Source: the human T2T-CHM13v2.0 reference genome, Homo sapiens
Assembly (NCBI RefSeq): GCF_009914755.1
Contig: NC_060930.1
Length of the DNA: 64,000 bases
Direction: 5' to 3' (one strand)
Below the pieces are notes generated by a model that worked only from the letters and a program-made list of their open reading frames with translations, did not search any database and was not told the origin of the DNA. This document shows, one piece after another, positions 14,195 through 27,182 of the stretch (the stretch's first letter is position 1; every line of letters starts with the position of its first letter). The position numbers and the translations under genes are program-made.

Positions 14195-14422
14195 CAGTAA
14201 CAATAACAATGCCTACCACTTTTTGAGAACTTATTTTCTGCTTGACCTTTTACATATGCTATCTCATTTAATCCTCAGAGCAACCTTACAAGTATATTTT
14301 ACAGTCAAGGAACCTTGGGCCCACAGAATTGGAGTAACTTTCCCAGAGTTACTCAGGCCGTGGGACCTGGACATGAATCTAGATCTAATACGCTTGCATC
14401 TTCTACCTACTACACCATGCTG
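14195..14422 (-). mobile_element. MIR
   Basis: atctcatttaatcctca...ttttacag...gtaactttcccagagttac...actacaccatgctg. Confidence 0.75.
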
Positions 14423-14542
14423 TTTTTTGAGAAGCGTGCTCTGCTCCTAGCCATTTTCTAAGTCCAGCTTAGCATTTGTTCCCAAGTCTCCGGGACATCT
14501 TAGTCTGGAATTAAGTCTTCTGTTTTAGAGAAGGTCTGTAAG

Positions 14543-14805
14543 CAGTGCATTAGCCCAGAACCAGGATGCTGAGTAGCCCTGTGGCACAGAGCGTATCACT
14601 CTGAAGTTCTGGAGCCCAGTTTCCTCATCAGTGCATTAGCCCAGAACCAGGTTGCTGAGTAGCCCTGTGGTACAGAGCGTGTCACTCTGAAGTTCTGGAG
14701 CCCAGTTTCCTCATCAGTGCATTAGCCTGGAACCAGGCTGCTGAGTAGCCCCGTGGCACAAAGCGTGTCACTCTGAAGTTCTGAAGTCCAGTTCCCTCAT
14801 CAGTG
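14543..14805. repeat. Minisatellite, 3 x 86 bp
   Basis: Units start cagtgcattagcc at 14543, 14629 and 14715, with a partial cagtg at 14801. Confidence 0.97.
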
Positions 14806-14823
14806 GAGCAAAGTGGGCTTCCA

Positions 14824-15142
14824 AGCCAGGCACGGTGGCTCATGCCTGTAATCCCAGCACTTTGGGAGGCTGAGGTGGGCGGAATACTTGAAGCCAGGAA
14901 TTGGAGACCAGCCTGGGCAACATGGAGAAACCCCATCTCTACAAATATACAAACATTAGCCAGGCATGGTGGTATGTGCCTGTAGTCTCAGTTACTTGGG
15001 GGGCTGGGGCGGGAGGATCACTTGAGCCCGGGATATTGAAGTTGCAATGAGCCATGTTCGTGCTACTACACTCCAGCCTGGGTGACAGAGTGAGACCCTG
15101 TCTCAAACAAACAAAAAACAAACAAACAAACAAACAAAAAAA
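14824..15142 (+). mobile_element. AluJ with (AAAC)n tail
   Basis: J-diagnostic ggaggatcacttgagccc and gagaccctgtctc; degenerate TSD aagtgggcttcca/atgtgagcttcaa. Confidence 0.95.
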
Positions 15143-15847
15143 TGTGAGCTTCAACAAGGAGCCCTCCAGGGTTCACACCAATGCTGAAGGAGCCCAAAGA
15201 CCTTTTGCACACATTGAGCAGAACCACTGAGTCCACAGACAGACAGGCAGCTCTTGGCCCTCAGCTGAACCTCAGGAATTATGAGGACTCATGGAATGAC
15301 CTGACCAAGTGCTCAGGTTTGGCTCTAAATGCTCAGATGACCCCTGCTGTGCCAGAGCCTTGAGAAGGTACATTATGAGAGTTTTAATGATGTGAGAAGA
15401 GCTAGGCATTGCTGTGTCCTACAGTTTTTATTTAATTTTTTGCCCTATGGTTTAAAGTACTCTTTCTTACTACAGTTTTCAGAAGACCTATGTCCTCCAC
15501 TTTCCTTTGTTGCTAAAATGAAGAACAACTTATGATCTGGCTCAACCAACTCTGGCATTCATGACATGCTGTGGTCTTGACCCTCCTCCCTCATCACAGG
15601 GAGGCTCCACTTCTCTCTGGCTCTACCCTACAGGGTTGCTAGGTACAGCTGTTCTCCTTCTGAGCTGCTGGAGATGAAGTTAGAAGAAAACAATAACAAG
15701 AATGAAGAAACGACCCCCCCTACCCCAAACAAAAGTTACTCCGAAATCACCATAGTAACAAATCACCAGTTTTCAACTGTTTCATTTCCTTTGCATTTTT
15801 GTTTCTCTGCACATACCCTTTTATTTATATTCAGCCCCAGCTCTAGC

Positions 15848-16300
15848 CTTTATTCAACAAGCATATTTTGATCCCCTTTATGTGACAGGCACTGTGCTAA
15901 GGGCTGCCGGTATAAAGTCAAGTACACATGGCCTCTGTCCTCAGGGAGCTAATATATACTTAAGAGGGAGACAGACAAGTAAATCGAGGGACTCAGGTTG
16001 GAGAGGGGACACAGAGGGAGTTCTAATTCATCCAGGTCAGCAATTGAGAAAGTGACTGGATATTAGCCCAGGCAGGGAGGAGATGGGCACTGCAGGCAAG
16101 GGAATAGCATATCTGAGGGCACAGAGGTGTGGAACACCATGATACCCTCAAAGAACCGTAAGTGTTCTTACGGCTTATTTGATTTATGGCCATATTTATG
16201 GAGCATTCAAATATGTGCCAAGCATATTTCGAGGCTTTGGGTGCTAAGGCTGAAGAAGACAGGCTCCCTGCTCAAAAGGAGCTTATAGTTTAATGGGATT
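15848..16300 (-). mobile_element. Two L2 3' fragments
   Basis: ttattcaacaagcatattttga...gacaggcactgtgctaagggct, and a second tail near 16175. Confidence 0.7.
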
Positions 16301-18116
16301 GAAATGTGTAGCTGGGTAAGTGGCTGAGCTTGAGAAGCAGTCAGAAGCCAAATCTTAAACAACTATGAGTCCATTCTACTGAGCCCTCACTATGGTGCCT
16401 AAAGCTTTCCTAGGTGCAATATGCAAATGACCTTTGATCCATCAACATCCTGTGCTGGGTATTATCATCATCATCAATGAAGGGAGGTAAAGTTATTTGC
16501 CTAAGGCCTCAGTGCTAGGTTTAACTGCATTTTAACCCAGATCTGGCTAAATCTGAGACCTATAAGCAAAAGCGTTTGCACATTATACAACTGATACTTA
16601 TCCAGTATTAAGCAGGAGTGAAACTGGGTCTTGATAGACACATACTGAAGCTGGGGAGAAAAGAGAAGCATGGGGGGGTGCCAGATCAAGAAGGCAAGGG
16701 TAGAAAGAGACTGCATGCAGGTGGCTGGACAGGGAGGTATCTAAGTAAGCTATGACTTCCTAAGTGGACCAATGACTCTATCCATTCTAGCTACCTGTCT
16801 ATTCATAATTCATACCTCACAAATCATCCCCAACTGTGGCAAAGCCGTAGCTTTTGTTACATGTGAGAATAAAGATCTGAAACCATAAATGGCTGCAGAG
16901 GTGATCTACTTTGGAACTATATAAGTGACATTATCTGAGAGCCCTGGCACACAAAACACTTCATATCTTTTGGGGCTGGTAGGAGTGAGAAATAGGCTTG
17001 CACAGTTGTGTAAGTGGCTGCCTAAACATGATGAGGACAGGTAACACCACAGATAGACATCTGCAATGCAGGTCATCAGAAGAAAGACAGGAATGCCCAC
17101 TGAAAAGGGCATGTAACAAGTAGAATCCAACAACAGACCGGTGTCACAAGAGGATCCTGAAGGAGTGGCTAGGGTTAGAGGTGCAGATGAATGTGAGGTC
17201 ACAGGGGATCACCACTGTTCTCCTCCAGCTGTGGAGGGGTTTGCTCTGTCAAGTCAAATACGAATGTCTTTATCATGATGCAGAAGTGGCAGTTACACTT
17301 CAGTTTTGCATAAAAAATATAATATTAACACATTCTTTGGGCTAGAAGGCAGCTTATTTTTTCAGCAATGACAGCTCTACTCACATATACAGGCTTAGAA
17401 CAGTCAGAGGATGTAAACTCTTGCTCATCCACCAGCAAGAGTCATCAATCGGCAGCTCTGGCAGAAGCACTTTGTCCCAGCACTAAGCAGAACTGGCCTG
17501 TCCCTGAGAGCTCCGATGGAGCTGCCTTAGAAGATTCCAGGTAATGATGGCCCAAGGGTGGCTTCATGCCCTGCCCCAGTTCTGGCTCAATACAACCCAA
17601 ACTGACCCAGCAAGTAATGATGGTACACACATGAAATAAGCCCAGGAAACAGCTCTGCCATAATTCTTTGTGACAAAAGCTGACTCGACATGCTGATTTC
17701 CAGCCCAAGTGAAACAAAATGGTCCTGTGTACAACCAGCCTACACATTCTGAGTATTCACCGTTCCACCAGGTTTATTCCTTAATCTGGACGCACTAAAT
17801 GCACTCCCCTCTAAGTCCCTTCATCATTTTCTAGCCATCTTGCTTCTCTCTTAAGACTTGTATTTTCTATATAGGTTCACTGCTAAAATAAAAATACTGC
17901 TAACAATTAGTGGATCTGCATAACTCTTATAGAAGAGACTGATTATTTATACCATTTCTACTTTTCCAAACCCACTAAACTGTTCCCTAACTTTGTTTTT
18001 CTTAACTATCTCAACTGTTTGAAATCTGTTTCTGTTCTAACATGGTTGCTGGTTAATCATCCATTCTTGTCACTATTTGTTTTGTGCCTCAAACACTCGA
18101 CTCTTTAAAATAATGG

Positions 18117-18899
18117 TGTGGACAGAGGAATAAACAAACTTAGTTTCTCCTCTACTCTTACAACATGCTTCTGACACCAGATGTGTGGGTTTTGTTTCCC
18201 CACATATCAAGCAAGCAAGCAAGCAATTTTGCAGTGGACACAGCTGGCTGTTCTCCAGTTCAATTCAATTTGGTGCCAATATCTACCTAGAGATAGTGTC
18301 AGATCCTACAGGTTGAGGGCTTAGTTTCACAAAACTGCTCCCCACTTAAGACATGAGTCACAGGCCCCAGGTTGTGGTATGTGCTTCTAACCCACCGGCT
18401 ATAAATCGGGATCTCCACAACCCCCTCCTTGGGTTTGACTCATTTGCTACAGCAGCTCACAGAACCCAGGGAAACAGTTATGTTTACTACTTCATTATAA
18501 AGGATGTTTTAAAGGATACAGATGAAGAGATACACAGGGTGAGGTATGAAGGAAAGGGCGTGGAGCGTCCACGGCTTCTGTGCCCTGCCACCCTCCAGGA
18601 ACCTGCACATGTTCAGCTATCTAGAAGCTCTCCAAACTCTGTCCTCTTGACTTTTTATGGAGGCCTCATTACATAAGCATGATTGATTAAATCACTGGCC
18701 ACTGGTGATCAACTTAACCTTCAGTCCCCTTTTCTCTCCCCAAAGACTGGGAGATAAGGCTCAAAGTCCCAACCCTCTAATCCTCTCTTTCCCATGACCA
18801 GTCCCCATCCTCTAGACGTTTACTACTTTGGAGATTCCAAGGATTTTAGGAGCTGTTTGCCAGAAAACAGTGACCAAATATACACTTCACAATATCACT
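18117..18899 (-). mobile_element. MER21-family solo LTR (strand given relative to recalled consensus)
   Basis: Ends gaccaaatatacacttcacaatatcac, internal gcagctcacagaacccagggaaac, TSD AATGG at 18112-18116 and 18900-18904. Confidence 0.85.
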
Positions 18900-19089
18900 A
18901 ATGGCCTCAAATTTTCCTTAATTTTGACTATTTTCCCATAAAAAAACAAATAAACAAATAATTTTTTCTTTGGTACCAGAGCATTTTTACTTTCCTGCTA
19001 GGCCAGGTGACAAAACTCTCACTCATTTTCAACCTAAACAACACAACACCCATCATGAACTGTCATCCTCCATTTCTATATTGCAATTC

Positions 19090-19305
19090 CAACATAAAGT
19101 GATGCTACTGGCAGAATTTTCAGTCTGTTAGGAGCAAGTACTGGTGAAAATGTGGAACAAGAGCTCCACACACACCGCTAGCAGGACGTCAACAATTTTA
19201 CATTACTAGTGAAGATGAAGATGTACCTATCCCATGAGCAGAACTCCACTCCTAGGCATAAACCCCAAAGAACCATGCCTACCTGAAACAGGAAATACAT
19301 GCACC
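19090..19305 (+). mobile_element. L1ME fragment
   Basis: ggtgaaaatgtggaacaa...actccactcctaggcataaaccccaaagaa. Confidence 0.6.
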
Positions 19306-20840
19306 CTGAGGGTTTAAGGTGAGGCTCAGGAATCTGAGGTATCTGCACTTTTTATAGGTCCACTGGTGATGTTACCTCCTCCCCTGCAGGGGTCTTGGAC
19401 TGAAGGCTTACAACCTCAACTCACATCTGTTTTTGGAGTCAGGTGCCCCCAAGGCTCATGGCTGCAGCCAGGCAAAGCTGCTCACTGGAGAGGGGTAATG
19501 GGGAATTGCACATCCATCGGAGATGCTCCTCCCTGGTCAAAGGTAACTATTCTGAGGATCTGGGAAAATCCAGCACAGTATCAGCATGCTTTTGCTCACC
19601 AGCTGCCTGCTCTTCCCTCTTGGTCACCCCTAGCTGTCTGAGCAAGATGTGGCTCAAAACTCACCTCACCTAGTGATGGGCTTGGGTCGGCATTGGCATC
19701 ATCCTCATTTTCAACACAAAGACCTAAAGTGCCCACCCAGCCCTGGTGCTGCTATGAATGTGATCCTCCCTGGCTGAAAGAGGAAACATCTAGGTGGGGC
19801 TTTAGAAGGTAACACTGAGGGGTGAGCCCTGTGAAGGCTGGCCTTTATTAAGCAATACTTTCAGATGAGGATGAGAAAGTAGAATAAAGAACTTCTTCTT
19901 GGTGGGGCGGGGAGGGGCTTTCTGCCTTCTGGTGTGAAGCTGCCCTCCCTCCTCCTGCTCTGTTCTCCCTAATGAAAGTTGTATAATGGTGCTCTGTCAC
20001 CTGCACTTCCATGCATTCCTCCTGCCAAGAATGGCTTCTCTCCCCATCCCTACATGAAGCCGAATGCCTAACTCTGTCCATTGCCATCACTCTCCTATTT
20101 TGAACTGAAGTGACCCCAGGGCAAAGTACCAATGACCATGTTGCTATCGTTCTTTTAGGTTTAAAGATACCTACAAGGTGTCAAAAGCTCTACAGATTCC
20201 ACTGGGCACCTGAAACCTGTCCTGCCCTTCGGCACCAGCAGTGCACGGAGGGTGGAGACAATCTGTTTAAATTGTTCACTGAGGACAGTGCAGGGCTCTG
20301 GCAAGATGCACATGCACGGGAGATGTGGAGGCTCTGTTGAGAGGAAATGGAGATGATGATATGAGATAAACACAAATGGAGTCTGGAATGGGGCTCAAGG
20401 AGGACATACAGGGAGCCCATCTCCCCACAACTTGGCCACATGCCCACAGCCCTGGCAGGGTTCTGGCTCCTGCCTGGGGATGCTGTGGTCCCACTGGAGC
20501 TGCCTGCTGCCTGCCCAGCCGCCTGTCTCATGAGAGGCCCCGCCGCTGGGCAGTTCATTATTTGAGTGGCATGTGGGAGAGAAACAGAAGTGATTTTTCT
20601 TATAATGGTTTCAATTCCACTCCATCAGTTTTGAGGCAGGTTTCCTTCCACTTCTCTCCTCCTCCTGCTCTCTTCCTTTCTCATTCCCTCAGGGTGTCAG
20701 AAGTGTACAAAGCCATGATTAAGATGAAGGGTTTCTATTTTGAGTAGGTGGTTAAAAAGATTCTGGTTTCTTCCCTGTAAAATGTGGATTATGCCAACTA
20801 CTATAAATTACTGATAGAAAGTTACTGATACTTGACAATC

Positions 20841-21111
20841 TTTTGTTGTTGTTGTTGTTAAGATGGAGTCTCACCCTGTCGCCCAGGCTGGAACCCAAAG
20901 GTGCAATCTTAGCTCACGGCAACCTCTGTCTCCTGGGTTCAAATAATTCTCCTGCCTCAGCCTCCCCAGTAGCTGGGATTACAGATGCCTGCCACCACGC
21001 CCAGCTAATTTTGGTATTTTTAGTAGAGATGGGGTTTCACCATGTTGGCCAGGCTGGTCTTGAACTCCTGACCTTGTGATCCACCCACCTCGGTCTCCCA
21101 AAGTGCTGGGA
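20841..21111 (-). mobile_element. AluS (Sg-like) lacking about 28 nt at its 5' end; (CAA)n tail
   Basis: Alu sequence stops at aaagtgctggga; tail reads (ttg)n on the + strand. Confidence 0.95.
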
Positions 21112-21881
21112 GTATCTCACTTTGGCCCCTATCTAGTAAAAGCTTATCAACTAAAGGTTTTAAATAATTGAAAATGCTCAGTTAAATAAATACAGATGAA
21201 ACCAACTAATAGACTCGAGAAAAAGTCTTCAAATGAATCCTACTCTTGGTCAAGGACTTCCCCTGTTGGGAATTATCCTGAGAACAAAAATGTGCAGAAA
21301 GATTTAACAACACTCATTTCAGTGCTGTTCATGATAATAAAAAAATTGGATACAATCTAGGCACTCAGAGGATTAACAAAGTAGGGTATCATACCAGATT
21401 CCTATGCAGCTGTTAAAAATGAGAACACAGCAGGACATTAACAATCCTGAAAGATATTAATGAAATAGTGAAGGGAAATATACAAGTCACAAAACACGAG
21501 GTAGAAACATAACTACTTTCCTTGCTTCCAATCTTGCGCTCTATACCCTCTATGACAGTCAGAGTCATCTTTTTTTAAAGTTACTCCCAGGCTTAAAATG
21601 GTTTCCTATTGTCTTTGGAATGAATTTAAATGATATGGTCATCCTGCTCTGGCCCTGGCCTATGTGTCTAGCCCCATCTTCTGTGGTTCCCTCTTCACAC
21701 CTCCTCCCCAGCAACACTGCACACCTTTCTGTTCTTCTTTGAACACACTCTGCTCTGTTTTACTTCAGTGAGTCTGCACAAACTTTCCCCTTTGCCTGAA
21801 ATGCTCTTCCCCAAAATACTCACACAGCTGGCTCCTTCTCAGGTCTCAGCCCAGATGCCACCTCTCAGAAAGGTTTTTCCT

Positions 21882-22137
21882 CTTTGGGAGGTGGAGGCAG
21901 GTAGATCATTTGAGCCCAGAAGTTTGAGACCAGCCTGAGCTACATGACGAAACCCTACTTTACAAAATACAAAAATTAGCTGGGTGTGGTGGTGCTCACC
22001 TGTGGTCCCAGCTACTTGGGAGGCTGAGGTGCTCAAGGAAGAACCCTTGAGGCAGGAAGGCAGAGATTGTAGTGAGCCATGATCGTGTCAGCCTGGGTGA
22101 CAGAGTGAGACCCTGTCTCAAAAAAAAAAAAAAAGAA
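21882..22137 (+). mobile_element. AluJ, 5'-truncated
   Basis: Begins ctttgggagg; perfect 15-bp TSD agaaaggtttttcct (21867-21881 and 22138-22152). Confidence 0.96.
22000..22112 (-). other. Candidate Alu-derived cassette exon (113 nt)
   Basis: Right arm of an antisense AluJ: poly(T)-GAGACAG|GG acceptor and CAG|GTGAGC donor at the canonical Alu exonisation positions. Confidence 0.45.
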
Positions 22138-22766
22138 AGAAAGGTTTTTCCTGGTATCAGATCTTAATTGCCCATTGCCTGGTCACTCTTTCACATCACT
22201 GTTTTATTTGCTTCATGGCATTTAACAATCTCAGAAATGGTCTTTATTTAGGTGTTTTCTTGTTTATTATCTACCTCCACTCATGAGAAAGAAAGCTCAA
22301 TGGGAGTAGAGGCTTTGCTGGATGGTATACCCATAATGCCCAAAACTGTGCCTGGCACAGAGCAGACACTCAGTGGATGCTAATGGCTATGGTGAGATGT
22401 TTATGTATGTACACACAGAGTAATGCATACGTGTGCATCTGCATAAAAGAAGGACAATAAGAGCACAGCATAAAAGAATATCTCAGGATGTTGAGTTTTG
22501 GATGGTTTTAAGTTTTTTCATTTTGTTTATATTCATTTTTTATAACAACAGTGTGTTACTTTTGAAATAAAAAATAATAAACCAGTTTTTTTTCTTTTCC
22601 CTTTTAAAGAACATGGTCATTCTAAGAAAATGGTGACACAGCTGGCTTAAAACTAGAACCACAAGATGCCAGAATTAGAAAAGATCTTAGAGGACATTTG
22701 GTCCAATCCCACCTCTCGTTTCAGCAGAATGTGCAAGAAACTAGTCCAGTGTATTTTTCACTACAC

Positions 22767-22956
22767 TAGTGGTTTTCGAACTTTATGAGCATGAGAATTT
22801 CCTGAAGGACTTGTGAAAACACAGACCACTGGGCCTCCCCCTGAGAATTTCTGATGCGGTTGGTCTGAAGCAACATCAAGCCTAAGTCCTGCGTTCTGAC
22901 AAGTCCCAGGGTTATGCTGGCTGTGCTGGTCCTGGGCTACACTCTGAGATCCACTA
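22767..22956 (+). mobile_element. MER5A (hAT-Charlie)
   Basis: About 190 bp with tagtggttttcgaactt...acactctgagatccacta termini. Confidence 0.8.
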
Positions 22957-23114
22957 GGCTATGCCATATTGCCTCTTACGGCTCCCTTAGAAATGTCTTG
23001 CTCTTTCTGTAGGAATGATAGTGATTAAAATAATCCCCCATGCTAAGGAAAACCCTAGCTTTCACACCCCCTTCCAGAAGTTCCAACTGAAAAAGAAGGG
23101 AAGCAAACAGGGAT

Positions 23115-23315
23115 AAGTAATTTTTGAGAGCCTCCTCTCCTCCAGGCATTGTGCGGGATGGTCTACATTTTACTTGTTTGTTTAATCCTTTTTACTATAG
23201 AAAATCTAACCTCAGAGAGGTTAAGGAACTTCCCTAAGAGCAAACCACCAGGCAGTGACAGAATCAGATTTCAAATCCAAGTCTATCTGACTATAAAGTC
23301 TATGCTCATTCTCCA
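23115..23315 (-). mobile_element. MIR
   Basis: ctcagagaggttaaggaacttccc...atttcaaatccaagtctatctgact. Confidence 0.7.
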
Positions 23316-23942
23316 ACTTTCAGAATGAAAAGCTGGTGGCATTCAGAGTGGCAAATCAACATCTTCCAGTGTAGAAAAAAACACCCTTAAGAAATTGTAA
23401 TACATCATGTTGTTAATGGCACTAAAAGCATATACACTGATATTAACATCCAATCATTTCTCTGGGTCTGAGGGCCAGGTTTATTCATTAACATGATATT
23501 CAGCAACTTCTAACCCCAAAACCCCAGAGTAAAGATGATCCAAGTTGATGCCTGGCTTATTATTGCAAGCCTTCTGTGAAGTAAGTGGGAGAGGGGGAAT
23601 TTATCATGGATCTCAGCTTCCAACAAAGGGAAGAATTTGCACATGTTCTGTGCAAAAAGGCCCTAATAGGCTTTGCAACTGAACAGAGCTGTTCCACTCT
23701 TTGAAGAACTAAGTTTAAATTCAAAGGCTAAAAGCCAAACACAAAGATGGGAATATATCATTTACCATCTTATGTCAAAAGTAAACTAGAAACTAGTTAT
23801 TGCTCCATTCCCATTTACTGAAGAGGACATAAACAAGGGACAGAGAAGTCCGGGTGACAAGGTCCCCATGCCTACAAATACCCGTGCAACCAATGAGTTA
23901 CAATTTGTCCTACGTTTTGGTCACACACGACCACAAGTTTGA

Positions 23943-24284
<342 letters not shown>

Positions 24285-25609
24285 AAGAATCTTTTACATC
24301 GTAGTTTTGATCAGAATTCCAAAGAACAAGGTTAACAAAAATGTGGCTTCCTCTATCTGTATCCCTGTATTTCTTACTTTACATCATGATTTTTCTCCAC
24401 ATGTTTTATAACAGATCCCTGAGGCAGCTGTATAAATGGGTTTTACATGAAAATAAAATGAAATACTTTGAGTAATTCTGGCGACCGCATCAGAGAAATG
24501 AGGGATTCAACTGAGACAGCTCACGTGATCAGTCCCTTCCTGTGTCCTGTGCCAAGGGCCCTCGGTGCCTCTTCTTTTGGAAGCTCATTTTCTAATTGTG
24601 ACCAAGGAAACTCCTGTATATTTGGTTAGCAAAGACAGCCAGTGGAGACCCTGAAAGGAAGATAAGTGGGAAAGAAGGAACAGAGCAGAGTAAATGCAAA
24701 AAAGGACAAGAGGATCCCAGAGATCGGTACCAGCACTGTGAAAATCTGATTCCAATGGTAACTTTGCTCCAAACACAATTATGAATATGTTTAAGATCTG
24801 GAGTGACTGTGGTCTCCTTGGTGCAGCAAATCAGTAAGGTGGACCACATTCACGGCCCCTCATTTGTTAATGTCTGAAAAGATCTGGCTCTCTTACTCCC
24901 AATAAAATGCAAAGGATTTCATTTATTATAGAAAAAAAGTGGCCTGAAAGATCTTGCAGAATGAACCCTGGGTCTCCAAGCCGATGAGCTGTCTTTGCAG
25001 TCAGCTTCTGACTTAGGCATCTCACATGGGACATGAGATTGGACCGCACAGTATTACGTATGAGCAAATTCTCTTTCTGCTCCCAACTCTTGCCCTTCAT
25101 GAATAGCTGGAGAAGAGCCATCTTGCCTTCCCCAGAGGAATGATGCAGCTGCAGCTGCAAATGCAGCTTCAGCAGCCGTTATCCTACTGTTAAATGTTTG
25201 CTTTTAAATATTACATTGGCCCAGCAAAAATAGCTGTCTCGTCTTAGCACTGGGGACAAAGCTTCATATCTGCGTTAGGGCCCACACCTGTGTCCTAGCA
25301 GAGATTTCAGAAAAGGCATTCTCTAATTTCTCTCTGGATGGACAGTGACTTATTCCTTAAGTTTCATAACATATATTTCTGCAGTGGATGGCTGCTCTTG
25401 ATTCTCACAGATTTCACAGTGGCCTTCAGCCTGCAGTGGTTTATGCAGAAGACAAAAGAATAGCTACTTGGCAGATAATACTCTTCAGGCCTTAGGGAGG
25501 GCACTCAGCTGGAAAGAACTGTTTTTGCTGGAGATCGGAAGTGCTTTTCCAGCAATTATTTGATCTTTCCTGGGAACTTGTTCTTTGGAACAATCTCCCA
25601 GTCTGGTGG

Positions 25610-25800
25610 GAACACATGGACTCCTATTCTGGTCCCAGCATTATCACTAACCAGATGTGTAACTTTGGAAAAATCATCAGGCTTTTACTACACGTCAGTT
25701 ATCTCATTTGCCTGGTGGGAATGATGATCCATCCCCTGCTTAATTAATGAGATTTTTGTAAAGATAAAACAAAGTGGTATATGCAAAGGTATTTAGAAAA
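25610..25800 (+). mobile_element. MIR (old subfamily)
   Basis: tcactaaccagatgtgtaactttggaaaaatca...tcagttatctcatttg. Confidence 0.6.
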
Positions 25801-26154
25801 TTTTCCTAGTGAGGAAAAAACCCCCAAAATACAAATATCACCTAACAATAAATATGCTTTTTATATCATTAGTGGTAAGTTTTCATTTTTTCTCTTAGAA
25901 TTAGGTAGGAATACCCTTATGCAGAGGAGAGGTAGAAAGTACAACCCCGGCAAAGAATATTGTCATGTTCTCCTTATTGCTTGGAAAAATAAAGCAAGGA
26001 AAGTGGGACTGGAATACTTTAACATCCGCCCAGAAAAATCTGCTTTTGCTAGGGCCACACAACATTCTGGTTCTTATTTGTCTCCTCTTTGGTGGTCCCA
26101 CAAAGAAGGCTACTGCTGCAGTGTTGAATGAATGAGTGAGTGAGTGAATGAATC

Positions 26155-26690
26155 TATCCATCCATCCACCTACCCACCCATTCACCCATCATTCATGGGC
26201 AAATACTATGTATCCAAGCAGTGTGCACAAAATACAGACGCGAATGCCGTCTCTTTCACTGAAGGGTGTCCAGCCCATGGGAGAAGGCAGACAAGGAAAG
26301 GACCTGTTCTCTCCAATGTAGTAAGCCTGCTTGCCTGAAGAAACACATACAGTGTTCTTGAAGCTTGGGCATGTGACTCATCCCTCCTGCAAAAGCTGGG
26401 ATGGGTTCTCAGAGGATGGGCATCTGAGTGGGGCCTGTGGGAAGGACTGGTGAAAAAGGGGGTGCGCAAGGGGATGGGCAGGGTGCTTTGCAGGCTGCAG
26501 AACAGCTCTTACAAAGGCATGGATTCAGGAGAGAGGAGCATGCCAGGGAGCAGCTTTGTTTGGTGTGACACAAGCCAAGAATGAGCGAATGCAGGTAACT
26601 AGAGAGTTAAGCAGGGCCCAAATGTGAAGGAGGGAGCAGGCCACTGTAGTTTCTGAGCAAGAGTTGCACAATGGATTTGTATTTCAGAAA
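26155..26690 (-). mobile_element. L2 fragment with (TCCA)n-type tail
   Basis: The tail is followed by degenerate reverse L2 body sequence. Confidence 0.6.
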
Positions 26691-27182
26691 CAGTGCTTAA
26701 CAACAGGGAGCATGTTCTGGAGGGAGAAGGTGAGCAGGTAAGTGAAAGATTTAAAATTTGATGTAAACATCTGCACATTGCAACACAGAACACTTTACAA
26801 AACATCCTGGCTTAAGAGCATTCTCTTCCAAATTCTGAATTAACACAGCCCACAATACACTGGGGAGTGAATACACTTATACCTTCCAAAAAAATGCCTT
26901 CAGTAATGTTTCCCCTGTGCAACTTATACAACATTGATTTCCCATGTAACTCTGGGATAATCTCCTGGGAAAAGGAAGGCACTGTATGTTTCTCAAATGT
27001 GGGTGACCACTGTGTATTGCAGCACCAGGAAGAGTCTGAAAGGAACCCACGTACCTGGTACAAAAAGATGGTGATAGTGATACCTGGTAGCTGTCTTTCA
27101 AGAAAATAGTTCATAAGTGAAAGAGAATTTCTAATAATTTGAGGAGGTTTAGCAAGGCGTGTGGATTTTTTAGTTCCCTCTT

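Larger units (their letters stand above)
21520..22385 (+). mobile_element. L2 fragment split by an Alu
   Basis: gcctgaaatgctcttcccc...ggctccttctcaggtctcagcccagatgccacctctcaga, resuming after the Alu up to tgtgcctggcacagagcagacactca. Confidence 0.75.

Noticed and set aside
14543-14805. CRISPR-like array
   Set aside because: The units are contiguous with no unique spacers, and the context is eukaryotic.
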